Both the position numbers and the translations under genes were made by a program. This document shows, one piece after another, positions 5,735 to 12,920 of a stretch of DNA of 12,920 nucleotides. Numbering within the stretch: position 1 is the first letter of the stretch; every line of letters begins with the position of its first letter. The notes under the pieces were generated by a model. That model was not told the origin of the DNA. It searched no databases and saw nothing but the letters and a program-made list of their open reading frames with translations. Source of the DNA: an uncultured bacterium (lineage in GTDB: Bacteria > JAJVIF01 > JAPKYR01); contig CBDURU010000100.1 of the NCBI GenBank assembly GCA_965369865.1, positions 1 through 12,920 of the forward strand, written 5' to 3'.

Positions 5735-7675
5735 ATGATGACTCTCCCCACCGCCATACTTTGTGAAAACCTTACCCGTAAGTTCGATAAACTCATCGCG
5801 GTCGATTCCCTGAACCTCAAAATCCTGCCCGGTGAAATTTTCGGACTCGTCGGCCCCGACGGCGCGGGGAAAACAACCATCCTCCGTATGCTCGCGAGCA
5901 TCATGGAACCATCTGATGGCACGGCCCGGATCGCCGGTTTCGACATCGTAAAAGAAGCGGATTATGTAAAGGACAATCTCGCCTACATGAGCCAGCGCTT
6001 CGGGCTTTACACCGATCTCACGGTCAGGGAAAATATCGACTTTTACGCCGACCTCTACGGCCTTCCCCCAAACGACCGCGACGATAAGATCGATTCCCTC
6101 CTCGATTTCTCCAACATGCGCCCTTTCAAAAAACGCCTTGCCGGAAACCTGTCGGGCGGGATGAAACAAAAATTACAATTGGTCTGCGCGCTTGTGCATA
6201 CTCCCAAAGTTCTCCTCCTCGATGAACCTACGAACGGCGTCGACCCAGTCAGCCGTCGCGATTTCTGGCGAATTCTCTACAGGCTTTTAAAAGAGGATGT
6301 CGCGATCCTGGTCACCACCGCCTATCTCGATGAAGCCGAACGCTGCAACCGTGTCGCGCTTCTCGACCACGGGAAAATCCTCGCCGAGGGAACTCCCGAT
6401 GAAGTACGGAAACTGATGCGCGGAAGCATCCTCGGAATCAGGAGCCCGTACGCGCGAAAAATAAAAAAGCTCCTCAAAATGGAAACCGGTTATGAAAGCA
6501 TCGAGGTTTTCGGCGACAATGTGCACGTAGTCTGCGATGATTTCAAAGTCGCCGAAAATGAAGTAAGGCAGCTTTTAGTTAATTGGAATCTGGACTATGA
6601 TGAAATACGTGAACGGATCCCGAGCCTTGAGGACGTTTTCGTCAGCGTACTCGATACACCCGAAATTGAAAGCGAACGATCACCTGAACCGGTGAATAAT
6701 TTTAACCGGGTTATTTCAGGGACTGGCGACGGCATCTCTGTTTCGGTTGATAACCTGACTAGAAAATTCGGCGATTTTACCGCCGTGGATAAGGTCAGTT
6801 TCGATGTCAGCAAAGGTCAAATTTTCGGTTTCCTCGGACCCAACGGCGCTGGAAAAAGTACCGTGATCCGAATGCTCTGCGGACTTCTCAAACCGACCTC
6901 CGGCGGCGGTACAGTAGCCGGGTACGATGTCACTACACAGGCCGAGGACATCAAAAAACATATCGGGTACATGTCGCAGAAATTTTCGCTCTATGAGGAT
7001 TTAACGGTCGAAGAGAACATCACATTCTACGGAGGCATCTATGGGCTGGGCGGTAAAAATCTCAGGGAACGCATGGACTGGGCGATCGGGATGGCGGGGC
7101 TTTCTCAGCATAGGCGTCACATGACCGCTATCCTCAGCGGCGGCTGGAAACAGCGTCTCTCGCTCGCTTGCGCGATTCTCCACGAACCGCCGGTCGTTTT
7201 TCTCGATGAACCTACAAGCGGTGTCGATCCGTTAAGCCGCAGGCGGTTCTGGGACCTTATCTACGAGATGTCCGATCGCGGAGTCACCGTTTTTATCACC
7301 ACCCACTACATGGAGGAAGCCGAGTACTGCGACAGGATCGCCCTGATTTTCCAGGGAAAAATTATCGCTATCGGTACTCCGCTCGAATTAAAAACCGAAA
7401 TGATGCACGAGCAAATCCTCGATGTTCAGTGCCCGTACCCGCAGAATGTTATCGAGCAGTTGGAACGCCTCCCGGAAGTCCGGGATGTCGCGCTGTTCGG
7501 AGCGGGACTCCATGCGGTTGTCGATGATGCTGGTAAAGCCAGAGACGCAATTATCCGGGAGCTTCAAAAAATCGGACATCCCCTGAAACGTATCGAACAT
7601 GTCACTCCGGGAATGGAGGATGTTTTTATCTCGCTGATCGAGGAAGTTGAACACAAGGAGGAATTCAGCAATTAA
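5735..7675 (+). CDS. ABC transporter ATP-binding protein with two NBDs (YbhF-like)
   Basis: Walker A GPDGAGKT / GPNGAGKS, signatures LSGGMKQ / LSGGWKQ, Walker B LLLDEP / VFLDEP; each half ends in 'P..EDVF'. Confidence 0.95.
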   Translation: MMTLPTAILCENLTRKFDKLIAVDSLNLKILPGEIFGLVGPDGAGKTTILRMLASIMEPSDGTARIAGFDIVKEADYVKDNLAYMSQRFGLYTDLTVRENIDFYADLYGLPPNDRDDKIDSLLDFSNMRPFKKRLAGNLSGGMKQKLQLVCALVHTPKVLLLDEPTNGVDPVSRRDFWRILYRLLKEDVAILVTTAYLDEAERCNRVALLDHGKILAEGTPDEVRKLMRGSILGIRSPYARKIKKLLKMETGYESIEVFGDNVHVVCDDFKVAENEVRQLLVNWNLDYDEIRERIPSLEDVFVSVLDTPEIESERSPEPVNNFNRVISGTGDGISVSVDNLTRKFGDFTAVDKVSFDVSKGQIFGFLGPNGAGKSTVIRMLCGLLKPTSGGGTVAGYDVTTQAEDIKKHIGYMSQKFSLYEDLTVEENITFYGGIYGLGGKNLRERMDWAIGMAGLSQHRRHMTAILSGGWKQRLSLACAILHEPPVVFLDEPTSGVDPLSRRRFWDLIYEMSDRGVTVFITTHYMEEAEYCDRIALIFQGKIIAIGTPLELKTEMMHEQILDVQCPYPQNVIEQLERLPEVRDVALFGAGLHAVVDDAGKARDAIIRELQKIGHPLKRIEHVTPGMEDVFISLIEEVEHKEEFSN

Positions 7676-8807
7676 GCTTCAACGGCTGAAAGCGATTGCC
7701 AGAAAGGAATTTATCCACGTAGTTCGCGACTGGAGAAGCCTTGCGCTGGCGATAGCGATCCCGGTCATCCTCATCCTCCTGTTCGGTTACGCGCTGACGA
7801 TGGATTTAAAGGACGTTCCAACCGTGGTCTGGGACCAGTCGCGCAGCCCTGAAAGCCGCGGCCTGATCGGCCTGTTCGATGGATCCCCGTATTTCTCAAT
7901 CCGTGATTACCACGATAATTACCGCGATCTCGGACACGCCCTCGAATCCGGAAGCGCCATGATCGCGATCGTGATCCCGTCCGATTTTTCCGATAAGGTC
8001 CTTGGAAATGAACCCGTAAGCGTGCAGGTTATCGCCGATGGCAGCGACGCGAATATCGCGCGTCTCGCGCTCGGATACACAAGCAGCCTCGGACTCATCT
8101 ACAATTTGAAAGTTTCAGCCCAACGTGTGAGTTTACTCGGCGGTAGCAGCGGAATCTCCGCTCCGGTCGAGATGCGGCCGCGTGCTTGGTACAACCCGGA
8201 GCTTCGAAGCCAGAACGTCATCGTCCCCGGAATTATCGCGATCGTGATGGTGGTTATCGCCGCTATGCTCACGAGCACAACAATTGCGAAAGAATGGGAA
8301 CTCGGCACCATGGAACAGCTCATATCGACTCCCATCCGCGGACCCGAACTCATCTTCGGAAAAATTATTCCCTATTTCATAATCGGATTCGTCGATGTCG
8401 CCATAGCGGTTGTGATGGGAGAGTTCGTCTTCCATGTCCCGCTTCGCGGGAGCACGGCGCTTGTGTTCGGAACAGCGGCGATTTTCCTTACCGGGGCGCT
8501 GTTCTTCGGAATCATGCTGAGCATCAATTTTAAAAAACAGGTCCTCGCCAACCAGATGGCGCTGCTCGGAAGCTTCCTTCCCACCCTCCTTTTAAGCGGT
8601 TTTGCGTTCGCTATCGAAAATATGCCGCAGTGGATTCAATACATCACCTACATTGTCCCGGCACGCTATTTCATCGCGCTCCTCAGGGGAATTTACCTCA
8701 AGGGAATCGGGCTTGAGATCATGTGGCTGAACGCGCTGCTCCTGACCATCTACGCGCTGGTTATGGTGGCGATGTCGCACAAACGCCTGAAACTGAAGCT
8801 CGATTAA
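7647..8807 (+). CDS. ABC-2 type permease (YbhS-like); start either TTG 7647 or ATT 7671
   Basis: 'KEF..V.RD', 'DGSDAN', 'WYNPEL.S', 'KEWELGTMEQLISTP', 'GKIIPY', 'LSGF...IENMP'; several TM segments. Confidence 0.93.
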   Translation: MNTRRNSAIKLQRLKAIARKEFIHVVRDWRSLALAIAIPVILILLFGYALTMDLKDVPTVVWDQSRSPESRGLIGLFDGSPYFSIRDYHDNYRDLGHALESGSAMIAIVIPSDFSDKVLGNEPVSVQVIADGSDANIARLALGYTSSLGLIYNLKVSAQRVSLLGGSSGISAPVEMRPRAWYNPELRSQNVIVPGIIAIVMVVIAAMLTSTTIAKEWELGTMEQLISTPIRGPELIFGKIIPYFIIGFVDVAIAVVMGEFVFHVPLRGSTALVFGTAAIFLTGALFFGIMLSINFKKQVLANQMALLGSFLPTLLLSGFAFAIENMPQWIQYITYIVPARYFIALLRGIYLKGIGLEIMWLNALLLTIYALVMVAMSHKRLKLKLD

Positions 8808-8811
8808 TAAA

Positions 8812-9942
8812 ATGTTGAAACGATTGAAACATATGCTCATTAAAGAGTTCCTGCAATTATTCAGGGACCCCAGGATGCGCATGGTTGTTTTCGGCGTCCC
8901 GCTTCTGCAGATGCTCGTTATCGCGTTCGCCCTTACCAACGACGTGACCAACATTACTACCGCCGTTCTCGACAACGACAAAACCCCCGCGTCACGCGAA
9001 TTACTGTCCGAATTCACTTCGAGCGGATATTTCGAAATTGTCGACTACCTCAACTCGGACGCTGATATCGAGAGGGTTCTCGACCATTCCACGGCGCGAA
9101 TGGTGCTCGTTTTCCCTCCCGGATTCGAGGATGACCTTAACGGCGGACGGACCGCGAATCTCCAGCTTATCGCCGACGGTACTGACAGTAACACCGTATC
9201 GATCATCTTCGGCTACGCGTTCCAGATCGTCGCCGCTTACTCTTCCGATAAACAACTTGACAGAGCGGTCGCTTTACTCGGACCCGGCATGGTGCCCGGC
9301 CAGATTGATTTCCGCACCCGCGCTTGGTTCAACCAGAATCTTGAAAGCAAATATTACTACGTCCCGAGCCTCATCGGCGTAATGCTTATCGTTATCACCA
9401 TGATCCTGACCTCCATCGCCATCGTCCGCGAGAAGGAGGTCGGCACGATCGAGCAGGTCATGGTCACTCCCATCACGCGTATCGAATTCATCCTCGGAAA
9501 AACCATCCCCTACGCGATCATCGGCTACATCCTCATGACCGTCATGCTCATTCTCGCGATCCTGATTTTCGGCGTGGAGGTTAAAGGCAGCCTGCTCACG
9601 CTTTACGGCCTGACCGGAATTTACCTCCTTGCCAACCTCGGCATAGCGTTATGGATAAGCACCACCGCTTCCACCCAGCAGCAGGCGCTCCTCACCGCGT
9701 TTATCGTTATGATGCCGACAATTCTCCTGTGCGGATTTATTTTCCCGATCCATAACATGCCCGTACCCGTCCAATACGCGTCAACCTTAATTCCCCTACG
9801 GTGGTACCTCGAGATCCTCCGAGGCGTGATAATGAAAGGCGCGGGAATCGAATCCATCACCACCCCTGTTCTTTACCTTACCCTCCTGGCCATAGCCTTC
9901 ATTACCCTCGCCACCGCCAGGTTCAGAAAAACACTGAGTTGA
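8812..9942 (+). CDS. ABC-2 type permease (YbhR-like)
   Basis: 'KEFLQLFRD', 'DGTDSN', 'REKEVGTIEQVMVTP', 'GF.FPI.NMP'; paralog of the preceding gene. Confidence 0.94.
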   Translation: MLKRLKHMLIKEFLQLFRDPRMRMVVFGVPLLQMLVIAFALTNDVTNITTAVLDNDKTPASRELLSEFTSSGYFEIVDYLNSDADIERVLDHSTARMVLVFPPGFEDDLNGGRTANLQLIADGTDSNTVSIIFGYAFQIVAAYSSDKQLDRAVALLGPGMVPGQIDFRTRAWFNQNLESKYYYVPSLIGVMLIVITMILTSIAIVREKEVGTIEQVMVTPITRIEFILGKTIPYAIIGYILMTVMLILAILIFGVEVKGSLLTLYGLTGIYLLANLGIALWISTTASTQQQALLTAFIVMMPTILLCGFIFPIHNMPVPVQYASTLIPLRWYLEILRGVIMKGAGIESITTPVLYLTLLAIAFITLATARFRKTLS

Positions 9943-9954
9943 AACACCCGAAGC

Positions 9955-10009
9955 GTGCCGGTAGCTTCCAGCTATCGGATTACATGTAACGACCGCTTCC
10001 AGCGGTTGT
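9955..10009 (+). repeat. Pair of REP-like hairpins sharing a GCTTCCAGC core; possible terminator role
   Basis: CCGGTAGCT-TCC-AGCTATCGG (9958-9978) and ACGACCGCT-TCC-AGCGGTTGT (9989-10009); T-run at 10016-10020. Confidence 0.6.
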
Positions 10010-10360
10010 CCCCAGTTTTTCATTGTTTCCCTTGTTGTTATCCTCCTTCGTTTTTTTGATATTTCTCCGGAACCCGTCGCGCGATAAGACAGTGGTGATC
10101 ACCCATAAGCTCCGTTCAGCTAGTGCTGAACTTCGCGTATGGGCGGCACCCGGCTTGTCGTCGGCACCCAGCTTCTTGAACAATCCAGTACGTAGCCCGG
10201 TGAACCCATATAAAAATGTCCAAATGCCTTTAAATCCGATGGAAGGGTTCCCGGGGATAATTAATATTGTTGGATTTGCGTGTGGAATTCCCGGGAAGCG
10301 GTAGGTCCATATCTATCTGATATGGGTTCCATATCCCCCACATCACATAGTAATATGGAC

Positions 10361-10498
10361 CGGTGGCCCCTCATAACCAGCCCCGCTAGCTTGTGGCCCC
10401 TCAAAACCAGCCCCGTGCTGGTTTGGAGGGTCATTCAATCCATACGTAGTGCGCAAAAAACCCTCCCTACTCGCAGGGCTCGTAGTGAGGGGCCACCG
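10361..10498. repeat. Element with perfect 13-bp terminal inverted repeats and internal direct repeats
   Basis: CGGTGGCCCCTCA (10361-10373) / TGAGGGGCCACCG (10486-10498); GTGGCCCCTCA(T/A)AACCAGCCCCG at 10363 and 10393. Confidence 0.65.
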
Positions 10499-10507
10499 TT
10501 TATAAGT

Positions 10508-10545
10508 TAATTAATGTGAAAGTGCTCTAATTAATGTGAAAGTGC
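10508..10545. repeat. 18-bp perfect tandem direct repeat TAATTAATGTGAAAGTGC (period 20)
   Basis: Copies at 10508-10525 and 10528-10545, directly after the etfA stop. Confidence 0.9.
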
Positions 10546-10546
10546 C

Positions 10547-11512
10547 CTAGTCCAGTTTTTTAAACGCGTCGATCATCAGGGGGATCGTTTCGAGCGAGTC
10601 CGCGACAATGCCGTAATCCGCGACCTTGAATATCGGCGCGTCGGGATTGCTGTTGATCGCGACTATCACCTTGCTCGATGACATACCCGCAAGGTGCTGG
10701 ATCGCGCCTGAGATCCCGATCGCGATGTAAAGTTTCGGGCTGACCGTTTTTCCGGTCTGCCCCACCTGGTTGGAATGGTCCACCCATCCGGCGTCGACAA
10801 TCGCGCGGCTCGCGCCCGCCGCGGCCCCCGCGGCCTCGGCAAGTTCCTCGATCAACCTGTAATTACCTGCATCTTTTATCCCGCGTCCGCCGGACACCAC
10901 GATGTTGGCTTCCGTAAGGTCGATTTTCCCCGCGGCTTTCTGCACGACTTCCTTCACCACCGCTTTCAAATCGCCGATCGTCGCCGGCACATTCTCAACC
11001 GAGCCGCCATCGGCTTTATCGGCAGGCTCGAAAATATTCGGACGAATGGTAGCGATTTTCCTTTCGCCGTTTAAGGTGAATTCTGAGATCACTTTCCCCG
11101 CGAAAACCGGACGGGTCACTTTAATATTGCCCTCTTCAACCTGGAGGTCAGTACAGTCGACAGCGACCGGAGCCTCGAGCTTTGCCGAAAGTGTCGCGGC
11201 GAGATCGCTTCCGGTGGGAGTGGCGCCGAGAAGAATTACCGAAAATTCCCTCCCCTCAATAAACGGAATAAGCGCCTGTGTATATGCATCGTATGAATAA
11301 TTTTCAAGCTTCGGGTCATCGAATAATGAAACTGAAATACCATATCCGGCAAGTTCATCGGCGGTTGCCCGGATGCCGGACCCGAGCACCGCGATATGAA
11401 CCATACCCCCAAGGCCCGCGGCCATTTTTTTCGCGGTACCAATCGCCTCGAGTGTAATTTTTTTTAATTTTCCCTCACGGTGTTCCGCGATCACAAGTAC
11501 ATCGTTAGCCAT
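10547..11512 (-). CDS. etfA: Electron transfer flavoprotein alpha subunit
   Basis: 'LTEANIVVSGGRG', 'GASRAIVDAGW', 'QVGQTGKTVSPKLYIAIGISGAIQHLAGM', 'APIFKVADYGIVAD'; RBS AAGGGG. Confidence 0.97.
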   Translation of the reverse strand: MANDVLVIAEHREGKLKKITLEAIGTAKKMAAGLGGMVHIAVLGSGIRATADELAGYGISVSLFDDPKLENYSYDAYTQALIPFIEGREFSVILLGATPTGSDLAATLSAKLEAPVAVDCTDLQVEEGNIKVTRPVFAGKVISEFTLNGERKIATIRPNIFEPADKADGGSVENVPATIGDLKAVVKEVVQKAAGKIDLTEANIVVSGGRGIKDAGNYRLIEELAEAAGAAAGASRAIVDAGWVDHSNQVGQTGKTVSPKLYIAIGISGAIQHLAGMSSSKVIVAINSNPDAPIFKVADYGIVADSLETIPLMIDAFKKLD

Positions 11513-11611
11513 GTATAGTTCCCCTTATAGTAATAGCTCTAAAAAGCCCCCTGAATGCTCTACTTTGTCACAAATTTTCACAAGTGGTGTATATACGGTT
11601 ACTGAATGTGA

Positions 11612-12370
11612 TTAAATTACCTTTGCTTCCTCACGCAATAACCGGACAACTTCGGCGGCGGAGTCAGGCCCCTCGAATTTCTTGCCCGCGGTTTTTCCAA
11701 CTGGTACCGAATAAGAGATGTTCCCATTACCGCTATCCATCGGTTCAACACCAACTTCGGCGGGCGTCAATTTCTTAACAGGTTTCTTTTTAGCTTTCAT
11801 AATTCCCTTGAGCGATGGGTACCTGGGTTCGTTAAGCCCCTTCTGCGCCCCAATTACTGCGGGCAGGGGGACTTCGACGATCTCCTCTCCGCCATCGGTC
11901 TGTCTTGTACAAACAGCATTCCCGTTGATTAATTCGATTTTTGTAACCACCATCACATGAGGGATACCCATGTTTTGAGCCACCATTACCCCTGTAACTG
12001 CATAGTCGTAGTCGATTCCTTTCCAGCCGCAGAGGATCAGGTCCGGATTTTCATCCTTCAGCGCAGCAGCCAGAAGCTTGCTCGCGTACGCCGGGCAACT
12101 GACCTCTTCATCGGTTACAACATGGACCGCACGGTGGGCGCCGCGGGTAAGTTCGTCCCTGATTCCCTTAGCATTTTTTTCAGGCCCAGCGTAAAAAATG
12201 ATTACCTCGCCATCGCCAGCAGTCTCGACGATCTTCAAAGCTTCCTCGCAAGCGTATTCATCATAGGGGCTTACGGAGAATTTGGCCGAAGCGGTATCGA
12301 GTTTTTCGTCGGAAACCTTGATAACCGCCTCAGAATCAGGGCAGTACTTAACAAGTACGGCAATTTTCAT
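11612..12370 (-). CDS. etfB: Electron transfer flavoprotein beta subunit
   Basis: 'MKIAVLVK..PD', 'PYDEYACEEAL', 'DLILCG', 'LNEPRYPSLKGIMKAKKKP'; GAGG upstream of ATG 12370; the ORF-track extension to 12469 runs through the promoter. Confidence 0.96.
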   Translation of the reverse strand: MKIAVLVKYCPDSEAVIKVSDEKLDTASAKFSVSPYDEYACEEALKIVETAGDGEVIIFYAGPEKNAKGIRDELTRGAHRAVHVVTDEEVSCPAYASKLLAAALKDENPDLILCGWKGIDYDYAVTGVMVAQNMGIPHVMVVTKIELINGNAVCTRQTDGGEEIVEVPLPAVIGAQKGLNEPRYPSLKGIMKAKKKPVKKLTPAEVGVEPMDSGNGNISYSVPVGKTAGKKFEGPDSAAEVVRLLREEAKVI

Positions 12371-12440
12371 TGGTAACCTCGCGGTAAACGAATGTATACG
12401 GATTGTTAAATGGATAACATAATAGGCAATTAAACAATAA

Positions 12441-12469
12441 ATTATACAGAAAGTCGAAAAAAAATGCAA
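12441..12469 (-). promoter_or_regulatory. sigma70 promoter of etfBA
   Basis: TTGCAT (12469-12464), 17 bp, TATAAT (12446-12441). Confidence 0.75.
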
Positions 12470-12472
12470 GGC

Positions 12473-12490
12473 TTGTGATGCAGTTCACAA
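12473..12490. promoter_or_regulatory. Rex-type (or CRP/FNR-family) operator TTGTGATGCAGTTCACAA
   Basis: TTGTGA-N6-TCACAA palindrome, one mismatch to Rex TTGTGAA-N4-TTCACAA; 3 bp upstream of the -35. Confidence 0.7.
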
Positions 12491-12920
12491 TATGGACGTA
12501 TTTTCGTATTTAATAATGGACATAAGTCAATATAGCGTTAGCCGGAGTTATACATTTTATGCATTTTAGTACCACAGTACCTGATATGATTTCAAAAAAT
12601 GAACGGGCATTCATCCAAAATGGCCTCATGATACTCTGGTAACATGGTTACAGGAGCGCCATTTATCATAAGTACCAAAAATATTATTTAATAGTATACG
12701 TTAGGCACATAAAAGAGGTTATCCATTCCCTTGTTCCTGTGCCCTATCCATTATCCAGTTGGTGAATGAGATTTAATACATACCCGGAACGCAAGTGCCC
12801 TGTAGCTGTCCACTTTTTTAATATTCGATGGATGTGTTTGTAAAAAGCAAAGGTTTATTCGGCAAACCGCGCGATGAAGATATCATACCCCCATCCTGTC
12901 GAATGCAGAACAGTCTCATT

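Noticed and set aside
5363..6169. 268-aa minus-strand ORF
   Set aside because: Antisense shadow of the ABC ATPase running through REPs and the promoter
9980..10510. Short ORFs in the convergent intergenic region (67-93 aa)
   Set aside because: No family motifs; the sequence is dominated by hairpins and repeats
12371..12469. N-terminal extension of EtfB
   Set aside because: Starts at the TTG of the -35 box; the family start MKIAVLVK with an SD is at 12370
12491..12920. RNA gene or CDS in the AT-rich right end
   Set aside because: No ORF of 60 aa or more and no tRNA/rRNA or riboswitch pattern that I can support

Overview
Bacterial (diderm, TolC-encoding) chromosomal window. The + strand carries a TolC / HlyD / double-NBD ABC ATPase / two ABC-2 permease efflux cluster (YbhG-F-S-R-like). 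It converges on an etfB-etfA operon on the - strand, which has a clear sigma70 promoter and a Rex/CRP-type palindrome. A ~2.5 kb island (about 3077-5605) separates the HlyD and ATPase genes. It contains an intact REP-associated tyrosine transposase (RAYT), five copies of a GTA(G/T)-CCCGG(G/A)AATGCA..CCGG(G/A) REP hairpin plus one variant, and a diverged copy of the RAYT 3' end. It also holds a self-contained two-gene cargo: a ParB/Srx-domain+HTH protein and a single-chain tandem PC4-fold (ssDNA-binding) protein, with their own promoter carrying a LexA-like box. This REP-bounded RAYT+cargo unit is the best candidate for an undescribed system. A second family of TTCC-loop hairpins and a densely structured 600-bp intergenic region (9943-10546) also deserve a look. 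All calls are from reading the sequence by eye; no searches were run.
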